A stretch of 32,000 bases of DNA from Candidatus Iainarchaeum sp. (GCA_003559395.1 PWLL01000077.1:1-32000), one strand, 5' to 3'. Shown: positions 16,163 through 24,308, numbered from the stretch's first letter. Made by a program: numbers and translations. Notes: generated by a model not told the origin, from the letters alone.

Positions 16163-16879
16163 TTACAATTCAAAAATTGTTTTTTGTGCCAACCGTTTAT
16201 TTGCTATGTCACAATATTCTTTGCTTAACTCAAACCCTATGAATTTTCTGTTAAGTTGTTTAGATGCGACAGCGGTGGTCCCACTACCCATAAAAGGGTC
16301 GAGAACCAATTGTTCAGATTTACTACTACTTTCTATAATTCTTCTAATTAATTTTAAAGGATATTGTGCAGGGTGGTTCGTTCTTTCTTTTGAATTTGCC
16401 ATCACTTGGGGAATCTCCCAAACATCCCCATATTTTGCGTAATCTTCATTAAAGTAGTAATCATTTGATTTTATGAACACAAAAACATATTCGTGTCTTG
16501 GATACCATTTTATTTTTGCTACATCTGGAGATGAAGCAAATTTCCATATTATCATATTCAATAATTTAAAAGGAGATTTCTCAACAATCCAAAAAGGAAT
16601 TTTACATCGATAATCCTGAAATCTATATTTTATATTAAAATAAAACATACCTGTTGGTTTTAGAACTCTATATAATTCTTTAAAATAACATTCTGTCCAT
16701 TCTTGGTATTCTTCATCGGTCATATTATCATCATAGCAATCATAACTGCTCTGTTTACCGTCTCTGCTAAATCCACCAAAATTATATGGTGGGCTTGTAA
16801 CAATTAAATCCACACTTCCATCAGGTATTTGCTTCATTCCTTCTAAACAATCCATACAATATATTTTATTTGTTTCCAT
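16163..16879 (-). CDS. DNA methyltransferase, beta-class, SPPY motif (N4-cytosine or N6-adenine)
   Basis: DLIVTSPPYN (motif IV) and VLDPFMGSGTTAVA (motif I). Its termini are near-identical to the neighbouring methyltransferase. Confidence 0.85.
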   Translation of the reverse strand: METNKIYCMDCLEGMKQIPDGSVDLIVTSPPYNFGGFSRDGKQSSYDCYDDNMTDEEYQEWTECYFKELYRVLKPTGMFYFNIKYRFQDYRCKIPFWIVEKSPFKLLNMIIWKFASSPDVAKIKWYPRHEYVFVFIKSNDYYFNEDYAKYGDVWEIPQVMANSKERTNHPAQYPLKLIRRIIESSSKSEQLVLDPFMGSGTTAVASKQLNRKFIGFELSKEYCDIANKRLAQKTIFEL

Positions 16880-17019
16880 TTTTTAATGAACCAACCTGTC
16901 TTCTTTCTGCAATTTGTTTCTCATAAAAAAATGTTTAATACACAAACCATCCATCATTGGCGACAGTTTGCATTGTAGTCCATTAGAATTAATTGCTCTA
17001 CATCGTTTTGTGTTTTTTT

Positions 17020-17769
17020 CTAAATCCATTTTGTATCAACTTTTTTTTTCTTTAACCCAATATATTCTGTCAATTCGTCGTTTGTTTTACCACGATTTTC
17101 ATTGTTGTCTAAAATTTTTTTAGTATCAAACATATTATTAAAATTGTTGTTGCCTAAACCAATTGTATCAACAAGTTCTTTGTTTGATTTCATTTTTTGT
17201 TGAGACAAATTTGGTGTGTTTTTTTGGGTAAATTGTTTATTGGTGTTGTTGCCAAAACCCATATAATCTCCTATTTTATCATTACTCAAACCAGAACTTT
17301 GTTTGTGGTTATTTAACCCTATACAATCTTTCATTTTATTGTTATCAATTCCTGGTTGTTGGTTGTTGTTTTTTTTCAACCCTATATAATCTCCTATTTT
17401 ATCGTTGCTCAAACCAGAATTTTGTGATGAACCCATTAATTTGTTTACATCAAACATTCCACCAGAATTGTTTTCGCCACTATTCATTTTGAAAGCGTTG
17501 GCAAATTTTTCTAGTTTTTCTTTTCTTGCAACACCGGTCATTTTTTTTAATTCTTCTTCTTTATATTTTTTCACTAATTTTGGTTGTAATTCTGTTAACG
17601 CTTGTAATCTTGCTTCTCGTTTTAATTCACTAATTGCTTTTTGTTCGGCTTTTTTTTCAGCTATTTTTTCTTTTAAAGGATTAATTAAAAAAGTTTTGTC
17701 TTTAAGTATTTTGTATAAAAACAAAAACACTCCAATTAATATTATTCCTATTCCTATGTATATTATCAT
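17020..17769 (-). CDS. Membrane-anchored protein with a coiled coil and repeated D-x-IG-L motifs
   Basis: N-terminal TM helix IIYIGIGIILIGVFLFLY. Repeats SGLSNDKIGDYIGLKK / SGLSNDKIGDYMGFG / ELVDTIGLG / ELTEYIGLKK. Confidence 0.6.
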   Translation of the reverse strand: MIIYIGIGIILIGVFLFLYKILKDKTFLINPLKEKIAEKKAEQKAISELKREARLQALTELQPKLVKKYKEEELKKMTGVARKEKLEKFANAFKMNSGENNSGGMFDVNKLMGSSQNSGLSNDKIGDYIGLKKNNNQQPGIDNNKMKDCIGLNNHKQSSGLSNDKIGDYMGFGNNTNKQFTQKNTPNLSQQKMKSNKELVDTIGLGNNNFNNMFDTKKILDNNENRGKTNDELTEYIGLKKKKVDTKWI

Positions 17770-17960
17770 TTTATTTCCTCGTTGTTGTTCATATAAACAC
17801 CCAATAATACTGCGTCTATTATTATGGTAATAAATATTATTGTTAATAAAGTTGTGGTTGTAAATTCACTAATTATGTTTAATACATTAAGTGCCCCCAC
17901 CAACAAATATGTTATTACTTTTAACAATATATATGTTGTCCAATATATTTTAATGTTCAT
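17766..17960 (-). CDS. Small membrane protein
   Basis: ORF track. Two hydrophobic helices. Overlaps its neighbours. Confidence 0.45.
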   Translation of the reverse strand: MNIKIYWTTYILLKVITYLLVGALNVLNIISEFTTTTLLTIIFITIIIDAVLLGVYMNNNEEIK

Positions 17961-18075
17961 TTTGTTCCTCCACTTCTTTCATCCTATTACAACTCATACA
18001 ATGTTGTTTCATAGAGTGGTTGTTGTAATATTCTTTTGTGCAACCACACCACTTACATTCTTTTTTTTCTATCAT
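17950..18075 (-). CDS. Small zinc-ribbon protein (41 aa)
   Basis: Below the ORF-track cut-off. MIEKKECKWCGCTKEYYNNHSMKQHCMSCNRMKEVEEQNEH has CxxC...CxxC. Confidence 0.35.
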   Translation of the reverse strand: MIEKKECKWCGCTKEYYNNHSMKQHCMSCNRMKEVEEQNEH

Positions 18076-18307
18076 TTTCTGGTTCCAAGAATTTATCGAA
18101 AATTTTTTTAAACTCTTCTTTTTCTAATTGTCTACTAATATTAATGCTTTGCAAAAACAAAAACAAACTCATTCCTATTAATACAAAAACTATTAATAGA
18201 ATAAAAGGGTTGTAACAAACCAAAAACATATTATAATACATTCCTGCACTGAAATACCCCACAAACAAAAATATACTTAATAATGTTAATAATATTTTTT
18301 TATCCAT
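18053..18307 (-). CDS. Small membrane protein
   Basis: ORF track. Two hydrophobic helices. Confidence 0.45.
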   Translation of the reverse strand: MDKKILLTLLSIFLFVGYFSAGMYYNMFLVCYNPFILLIVFVLIGMSLFLFLQSINISRQLEKEEFKKIFDKFLEPENDRKKRM

Positions 18308-18450
18308 TCTTTTGCCTCCTTATAATTGCTTATTATTTCGATATGTTCTTCTATGTGATTAATATCGAAATGATTTTGAATATCGTTTTGTAAGTCTTTT
18401 TGTGTGCAAACAAACTCGTTGCCACATAATTTACATCTCCACTTAATCAT
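18286..18450 (-). CDS. Small C2H2-like zinc-finger protein (54 aa)
   Basis: Below the ORF-track cut-off. MIKWRCKLCGNEFVCTQKDLQNDIQNHFDINH has CxxC-x15-H-x5-H. Confidence 0.35.
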   Translation of the reverse strand: MIKWRCKLCGNEFVCTQKDLQNDIQNHFDINHIEEHIEIISNYKEAKEWIKKYY

Positions 18451-18646
18451 TTTTGCCTTTTATGATATAATCCTCAAATTTTCTTTTACATTTGCTACAA
18501 AACGTTTTGCCACCATGATAATGTTCTTTGTGATTACAATAAGGGCAGATTCTTCGTAAAAGATTTTTATATTCTCCTTTTTTTTCTTTTCTTTGTTGTT
18601 CTCTTGATTCAAGGTATTCTTCAACACCACTTTCATATTCATTCAT
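18443..18646 (-). CDS. Small zinc-ribbon protein
   Basis: CPYCNHKEHYHGGKTFCSKCKRKF. The overlapping ORF 18460..18642 in another frame is taken as spurious. Confidence 0.5.
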   Translation of the reverse strand: MNEYESGVEEYLESREQQRKEKKGEYKNLLRRICPYCNHKEHYHGGKTFCSKCKRKFEDYIIKGKND

Positions 18647-18849
18647 TGTAAATCCTCTGGTTTGATTTTTGTGTCAACCAATTCTTTTTTTGTTATTATA
18701 CACAAAGTATAATATATGAAAAAGAACATAAACAAAAACCATAACAATGGTTTAACAAAAAGTTTCTTTATTTTATTATATTGTTTTAAAATAGTAACTA
18801 TATTTATTGCATCATCTTCTGCCATTCTTGCCAACATTTTTAGTTTCAT
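18643..18849 (-). CDS. Small membrane protein
   Basis: ORF track. Hydrophobic LLWFLFMFFFIYYTLCII. Confidence 0.45.
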   Translation of the reverse strand: MKLKMLARMAEDDAINIVTILKQYNKIKKLFVKPLLWFLFMFFFIYYTLCIITKKELVDTKIKPEDLQ

Positions 18850-19151
18850 TCGTTTTCCTCTAATTTTTTTAAAATTTTTTCGGTGTCTTTTTTTATATCG
18901 TTTCTGCTATTAAGGTGTTGATATTCGTGTTTTAATATGAACAAATAGTCAAACAGCCCTATAGATAGTGTGAGCGCCACCAATATTGTTAACAACAAAA
19001 AAATATTTATATTAATATTATTAACTGCAAAAAATGTATTTATTATGAAAAAACTATTAACAAAAACCAAATAGCTTGCAGTTCTGTTACCAAAATTCTT
19101 AATTTTGGCGATGTTTTTAAACAATTTGTTTAATTTTTGTTTTAGTTTCAT
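18846..19151 (-). CDS. Small membrane protein
   Basis: ORF track. Two hydrophobic helices. Confidence 0.45.
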   Translation of the reverse strand: MKLKQKLNKLFKNIAKIKNFGNRTASYLVFVNSFFIINTFFAVNNININIFLLLTILVALTLSIGLFDYLFILKHEYQHLNSRNDIKKDTEKILKKLEENE

Positions 19152-19369
19152 TTATCTTCCTCTATTTTGATAATAAGGTTTTTTTTATTGTGTTTTGAAT
19201 AAAACACTCCAAAGTAAGTTTGAATGTGTCTTAAAAGTGTTTCCATACACTCTAATTCGCCATCTTCAATATCATATGATTCAAAAACAACTGTCGTTTT
19301 TTTTTCTCCTTCAAATGATTCAACAACAAAACCGTTCTCTACTCTTTCTATTGTTGTTTTCCAAACCAT
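19148..19369 (-). CDS. Hypothetical small protein
   Basis: ORF track. Operon-coupled to its neighbours. Confidence 0.45.
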   Translation of the reverse strand: MVWKTTIERVENGFVVESFEGEKKTTVVFESYDIEDGELECMETLLRHIQTYFGVFYSKHNKKNLIIKIEEDK

Positions 19370-19578
19370 TACTCTGACCTCATTTTTGGGGGTCTTAGTA
19401 AAAAGTATTCATTTAATATATTTTCTATAGCTTCTGTTTTTGTTTTTACATCATTATATATCATATATAACTTTAAATTTTTATCAACAAATTCATCAAT
19501 ATCCATTTGTATTTTAACCATTTTATGTAACCTCTGTGATTGTGACATTTTGTTATGTCTTAATACACCATATATCAA
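19369..19578 (-). CDS. Ribbon-helix-helix-like small protein; true start probably the ATG at 19521
   Basis: MVKIQMDIDEFVDKNLKLYMIYNDVKTKTEAIENILNEYF fits a strand-helix-helix pattern. GAGG lies 8 nt upstream of that ATG. First gene after the promoter at 19596-19603. Confidence 0.5.
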   Translation of the reverse strand: MIYGVLRHNKMSQSQRLHKMVKIQMDIDEFVDKNLKLYMIYNDVKTKTEAIENILNEYFLLRPPKMRSE

Positions 19579-19589
19579 TTAGTAATCAT

Positions 19590-19610
19590 AACTAGTATAT
19601 AAATCTTTCG
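19590..19610 (-). promoter_or_regulatory. BRE/TATA-like promoter box driving the leftward block
   Basis: The minus strand reads GAAAGATTTATATACTAGTTATG, the same family as the other boxes. Confidence 0.5.
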
Positions 19611-19629
19611 GTTTTTGACGATTTTTGAT

Positions 19630-20400
19630 ATATGTTATATCAAATGTGACACTTTTTTGAAAAAGTGTCAAAAAAGCCATTTGTCACATTTTTTCGGCAC
19701 TTTTTTTCATTTTTTTAAAAAATCCTTATATCAAATGTGACACTTTTTTTTGGCACATTTGTGACATTTTGATTTTTTTAGAATTTTTTTTAATATACAG
19801 AAATGTATATTAATTCGTTATTTTGAAATATGGGTTTATAAATATATTGTTTTTTGGCATAAAAAATAGGTGTTTTTAGAAAAAAAATTTTTTTTATGTA
19901 AAAAATATTTTTTTTGTGTCACAATTGGTATAACAGGTATTGTGATGTATCATCTATATCATTATATATCGTAGTGTATTTTTGTGACAAAATTGGTGTT
20001 CCATAGGAAATGAAGGTTGGTTTTGTGACATTTGTGCCAGTTAACTTTAAATAGTGGAAATGCAAAATGTCACAAAATGTCACAAAATGTCACAAGATAT
20101 ATATAGTACAAAATATAAAACTATATAAATAAGTGAACCATCGTTTCATATGGAACCCTTTCAAGTATTAAAATTCTTTATTATTATCAATTATGAAAAA
20201 ACCATGTGACAGTTTTGAAAAAAAATTCCATATGCGTTTCTGGAACTTTTGCCGAAATATACTTGAGTATATAATATTTTAGAAAAAAAAATTGTTAAAA
20301 AAAATCCAATTATGAAATTTTTTGTGACATTTTTGTGCCAAAAAGCTGTCACATTTATATCAAATGTGACAAAAAAAATGTCACAAAATCATAAGCAAAA
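19630..20400. repeat. Iteron field, putative replication origin
   Basis: TGTGACA or TGTCACA at about 19645, 19682, 19736, 19760, 19917, 19983, 20024, 20068, 20078, 20088, 20205, 20323, 20347, 20365 and 20379, plus a partial GTGTCA at 19665. There is a triple tandem copy with a 10-nt period at 20068-20094, an inverted repeat TGACACTTTTT/AAAAAGTGTCA at 19647-19670, and a 24-mer TTATATCAAATGTGACACTTTTTT at 19635 and 19726. Long A and T tracts. Sits between the divergent gene blocks. Confidence 0.6.
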
Positions 20401-20640
20401 AAATTATTACACTACTAATATACATTTTATATACTTAATGTATATTTTTTTATTACTTATATTTTTTTTTGACAAACCACATCATATAAGGACAATTTTT
20501 TTTACCATATTGTATAGTTGTGTATATATAATTTGATAATTTAATAACATAAAATAAAAAATGATAAAAAACACAAAAAATCAAAAAAAATCTATTTTAT
20601 CTAAAAAACAATTTTTTTGCAAAAATACCAAAAAAATCAA

Positions 20641-20665
20641 AACATTTATATATTAGTTACATTTG
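20641..20665 (+). promoter_or_regulatory. BRE/TATA-like promoter box driving the rightward block
   Basis: AAAACATTTATATATTAGTTACATTTG, with TATA at 20645-20652 and the RHH ATG at 20700. Confidence 0.55.
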
Positions 20666-20699
20666 TTAGATTATACAAAAACAATTTTTTGGTAAAAAA

Positions 20700-20876
20700 A
20701 TGGAAACAGAAAAAAAGATATTTATTCTAAAAATGTCAGAAACACAACACACCAAACTAAAATTGATTTCTACAATAGTTAAAAAAGATATGCAGGATTT
20801 AATTTTAGAAGGTATAGATAACATATTAGAAACATATAAAGAAGAATATAATAAAACAATAGAAACTTTAAAATAA
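20700..20876 (+). CDS. Ribbon-helix-helix small protein (58 aa)
   Basis: Below the ORF-track cut-off. METEKKIFILKMSETQHTKLKLISTIVKKDMQDLILEGIDNILETY... Paralogous in pattern to the protein at 30059..30235. Confidence 0.55.
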   Translation: METEKKIFILKMSETQHTKLKLISTIVKKDMQDLILEGIDNILETYKEEYNKTIETLK

Positions 20877-20889
20877 GAGGTGTTGGATT

Positions 20890-23064
20890 TTGGAACAAAC
20901 AGACACAACACTCGTAACGGATTTGACACAAATAATAAATCACGAAGAAGTAATATCTTTAATAAAAAAAGAGTTCTTTAGAATAGATACAAATTCTGCA
21001 ATAACTCTTGCTGAACTCATTATAAACAACGAAACAAAAATAAATGTCAAACAATTTAAACAAAAACACAAATCTTTTGTAAGAAAAAACCTTGGGAAAT
21101 TTGAAAAACCAGAAGATGAAGAAAATGGCGATTATTATTTAAAAGAAGAGATTGTTGAATTTATAAAGAAAAAACTAATCATAATTGTTGAAAAAATCGG
21201 GTCCTCTATAAAAGATGTAGAAGACGATAGTGATAGGTGGTCTCTGAGTCAGGTTGATGGAATAGAAGCGTTTGAAACAACAAAATATACAACCTTTCAA
21301 GATATAAGAGAAAAAATTAACAGAGAAGGAAAAAATATAGAATTTAGGTATTCTTTTAAAAAATCAGATTTAAAAACTTCTTTTTATGAAAATAAATCAA
21401 CTTTACAAATGATAGATGTTCATATAAACAATAATGGTGAACATTTTGATTATCCTATAAAATATGTTTATGTTTGTCCTATGTGTGAAACAATTAGCAG
21501 TATGATGGAATATAAAGTTGCTTCAACAAACAATAAACACAAATGTCGTCAAATGGTTACAAAAGATGATAAATTGAAAACGTGCAACACACCTTTAAAT
21601 CCTGACACAAACAGAACAATAACCAAAGATGCATATATTTATGATATAACATTTAAAGATAAAGAAGGAAAGGAACAAAAGGCAGACGCAATGTCTTTTC
21701 AATATTTGCCCAAAGGTCATTTAAAAGTTGTTCTGCAAAAAATACCACAAGCATATGGTAGACTGTTTGTTCACATAGTAGATTTCCAACCGATAGATAA
21801 AGAATCTATGAAACTACCAGAAAAAACAGCGAAAGAACATTATGTATTCACATTAATAAAACACATAGATAAATATATTAAAGAAAAAACCGGTTATGTT
21901 CATTATGGTTATTTACCAGCAAAAATAAGTATGTTAGCACAAATGGGTTCAAGACACATTCCAGGATTTAAATACAATTTTCACATATCTTTGTCCGGAG
22001 ATATGTCTAGTGGTAAATCACAGTTTGCTCGTTATTGGGGGATAACACTTTATGCAGAAGATGTGTTTCTTAGCAATGCAACAAGTGTAAGCATTCCAAA
22101 ATTAAGAGGAACGATGGAAAGCTTTCACTTATTTGGAAAAGAACACAGATATCAATACAGAGGTTTATTAGGAGAAAAGAAATTAATAGTAATAGATGAA
22201 ATAAAAGAGAACCCAGAACTAAAAAACAGTTTGAAACAATATTCACTTGAACCGGTTTATGATTATTCTAAACAAGGCAGTAATAATCAAACTTACAAAA
22301 GAACTGCACAATTAGTAGTTACACAAAACATAGATACAAAACATTTAGATAAATATGCTAAAGACATAAAAACATTGTATCAATCAGACACATTAAAATT
22401 AACTAACGATGATGGAATAGAACCAAAACCTGCTTGGGACCAACATACAGATTTAACATTACCATTATATACTTATAAAAACAGATACTTAAAATATTGT
22501 ATAAAAAAAATAAGAGAAGAATATGAAAGAAACACAAACAATTGGATTGATGGTTCGGAAATTGCTTTAAAACAAAGATTTTATTTTTATTATTATTTAG
22601 GTTCAAGTAAAACAAATAAAAAATTAACTCATACAATTAAACAAAACAACATAACACCTATAATATCTAACAATTTAGAACTAGTAAGAATAATGTGTGC
22701 AAAAGAATTGGTAGAATATTTAGAAAATACTCATGGTTATACTTATGGTGAAAACGATTTAGAATATTTTGATAAAATAGATGAGTTATTATCAAAATAT
22801 GATAAAAGAGGAGATGCCAGAACAAAAGAAATGAGTTATACTTTAATAAAAATTTTGAGAATAATAGATAAAAGAAAATATTGCAACGAAGAAGATTTGA
22901 GAATATTACAATATATTTTAGAAAATGTTGATAACAAAGTAGAAGTAATAGATACAGACGAATTTAAAATAAACAACACTTATATAAAAAAAGACGATGT
23001 TGAGGAAACAAATATAGAAGAAGAAAATAAAGATTCTTGGGGTTATGATGATACTTTCAAATAA
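20890..23064 (+). CDS. MCM-like AAA+ replicative helicase
   Basis: Cys4 zinc finger CPMCET...HKCRQ...KTCNTP in the N-terminal half. Walker A ISLSGDMSSGKSQF (MCM GDPxxxKSQ type). Walker B LIVIDEI. LEPVYDYSKQG...RTAQLVVTQN parallels the MCM segment EQQTISIAKAG...R.SVLAAAN. TTG start with GAGGTG 7 nt upstream. Confidence 0.7.
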   Translation: MEQTDTTLVTDLTQIINHEEVISLIKKEFFRIDTNSAITLAELIINNETKINVKQFKQKHKSFVRKNLGKFEKPEDEENGDYYLKEEIVEFIKKKLIIIVEKIGSSIKDVEDDSDRWSLSQVDGIEAFETTKYTTFQDIREKINREGKNIEFRYSFKKSDLKTSFYENKSTLQMIDVHINNNGEHFDYPIKYVYVCPMCETISSMMEYKVASTNNKHKCRQMVTKDDKLKTCNTPLNPDTNRTITKDAYIYDITFKDKEGKEQKADAMSFQYLPKGHLKVVLQKIPQAYGRLFVHIVDFQPIDKESMKLPEKTAKEHYVFTLIKHIDKYIKEKTGYVHYGYLPAKISMLAQMGSRHIPGFKYNFHISLSGDMSSGKSQFARYWGITLYAEDVFLSNATSVSIPKLRGTMESFHLFGKEHRYQYRGLLGEKKLIVIDEIKENPELKNSLKQYSLEPVYDYSKQGSNNQTYKRTAQLVVTQNIDTKHLDKYAKDIKTLYQSDTLKLTNDDGIEPKPAWDQHTDLTLPLYTYKNRYLKYCIKKIREEYERNTNNWIDGSEIALKQRFYFYYYLGSSKTNKKLTHTIKQNNITPIISNNLELVRIMCAKELVEYLENTHGYTYGENDLEYFDKIDELLSKYDKRGDARTKEMSYTLIKILRIIDKRKYCNEEDLRILQYILENVDNKVEVIDTDEFKINNTYIKKDDVEETNIEEENKDSWGYDDTFK

Positions 23065-23075
23065 GGAGGCATAAA

Positions 23076-23318
23076 ATGAAACTAGAAGAAATAATGAATA
23101 ATATAAATAATTTGGATAAACTGAAAAAAGAAGAATTAATAGAATATGTTTATACTTTGGCAATGAATTTGAAACGAATACAAAACAAAACAATATCTTT
23201 AAACGGCGAAATAAGATTTTTAAAAAGACATATGACAAAAATAAGAGATATGATTGATAGAACACTTAAAACAAATATAGAAACAGAAAATGTTGGTTGG
23301 TATAACAATGGTGATTAA
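23076..23318 (+). CDS. Hypothetical coiled-coil protein
   Basis: ORF track. AAGGAGG lies 6 nt upstream of the ATG. Confidence 0.55.
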   Translation: MKLEEIMNNINNLDKLKKEELIEYVYTLAMNLKRIQNKTISLNGEIRFLKRHMTKIRDMIDRTLKTNIETENVGWYNNGD

Positions 23319-23787
23319 ATTAGAAGAAAAATACGGTTTTTCTAAACCCAATCAAAACAAATTGTTGGATTTTGAAGATATGTTAAATTATTGTAAAAAA
23401 TATAAAAAAGAAATTAATAGAACACTTATGTTTCAAAACAATTTTTCACATGCAGAAATAAATTGGTTTGCAGTGAATTATAAAGAAAAAATATTGGAGG
23501 TAAATAAAATGAACAAACCAAAAACAGGTGTTGGTGGGGTCATACTCGCAATGGAAATAGGAAACACTTTATTAAATGAAGTTAAAAAAAAATTAAACAT
23601 AGAAAGTTTTGATTATAACGGTGTTTATAAAACACACATAGACAAATATATCAAAAATATTAGGAAATCATTAGAAGAAGATAGAAAGGGATTAACACCA
23701 GAAGAATACGCTGAAATAAAAAAAGACTTGGAAAAAGAATTGGTTGATGAAAGACACTATATTGAATGTTTTTGTGGTTTTTTATAA
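23290..23787 (+). CDS. Hypothetical protein
   Basis: ORF track. An alternative start is the ATG at 23308 (MVIKLEEKY...). Confidence 0.5.
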   Translation: MLVGITMVIKLEEKYGFSKPNQNKLLDFEDMLNYCKKYKKEINRTLMFQNNFSHAEINWFAVNYKEKILEVNKMNKPKTGVGGVILAMEIGNTLLNEVKKKLNIESFDYNGVYKTHIDKYIKNIRKSLEEDRKGLTPEEYAEIKKDLEKELVDERHYIECFCGFL

Positions 23788-24189
23788 AAAGAATTAAGTA
23801 AAAAAGATTTAGAAGAAAGCGTAACAATAAAAAAAGTTGATAACGAATACATTATTATTCAAAACAAAAAAACCAAAAAATTCAACAAATCTTACAAAGA
23901 CATACATTATATTAAAGAAAAAGATGTTAAAGATTTGTGGAAAATATTAGTTATGTTAACTGATAAGAAAAAAAATAAAACAAATTATACAAGAATAATA
24001 TCTTCCATTATAATAAAAAATAATATAAAAATGAGAATAGAAAGTTTTAATGGAGGAAAAAATAGGACAAAGTATTATTTTCCATTATACTATTATCCTT
24101 TAAAAATATTACAACACAAAGAATATATAATTCACAATAAGAGAGGACAAGTTATTAGAACTAAATTTGATAAAGGTGTTAAATTATGA
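23788..24189 (+). CDS. Hypothetical protein with an uncertain start (frame open from 23788; ORF track starts at TTG 23935)
   Basis: 49 stop-free codons precede the track's start. They are in the same frame as, and directly abut, the TAA of the upstream ORF. Confidence 0.4.
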   Translation, partial: KELSKKDLEESVTIKKVDNEYIIIQNKKTKKFNKSYKDIHYIKEKDVKDLWKILVMLTDKKKNKTNYTRIISSIIIKNNIKMRIESFNGGKNRTKYYFPLYYYPLKILQHKEYIIHNKRGQVIRTKFDKGVKL

Positions 24190-24308
24190 GTTTTGGAAAA
24201 CTGCAAATGTTTGATGAAGACACTGTAATATATTGTGATAGATGTAAAGCAAACTTTACAGTAAGGGTCAAACCTTTTCTGTGTCCAAAATGTAACAATA
24301 AGTGGTAA
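24186..24308 (+). CDS. Small zinc-ribbon protein (40 aa)
   Basis: Below the ORF-track cut-off. MSFGKLQMFDEDTVIYCDRCKANFTVRVKPFLCPKCNNKW. ATGA coupling upstream and GGTG 8 nt upstream. Confidence 0.5.
   Translation: MSFGKLQMFDEDTVIYCDRCKANFTVRVKPFLCPKCNNKW

Noticed and set aside
16880-17019. 140-nt non-coding gap upstream of the methyltransferases, slightly G+C-richer than its surroundings, considered as a possible small RNA.
   Set aside because: I saw no convincing stem-loops or repeats. It contains a degenerate AAACATTTTTTTAT box and is more simply an internal promoter or spacer.
18460-18642. 60-aa ORF overlapping 18443..18646 in another frame.
   Set aside because: The alternative frame encodes a clean CxxC...CxxC zinc-ribbon protein and fits the operon coupling. 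This frame is K/N-rich and low in complexity.
19630-20400. Possible CRISPR array, because of the many short repeats.
   Set aside because: The repeat unit is only 7-24 nt, the spacing is irregular (10 to more than 100 nt), and there are no unique spacers of uniform length. The pattern fits iterons or operators.
20312-20536. 74-aa plus-strand ORF, and the 87-aa minus-strand ORF 20666..20929, in or next to the intergenic origin region.
   Set aside because: Both overlap the iterons, the promoter box and the RHH gene. They lack ribosome-binding sites and have low-complexity translations. The RHH ORF at 20700..20876 explains the coding signal better.
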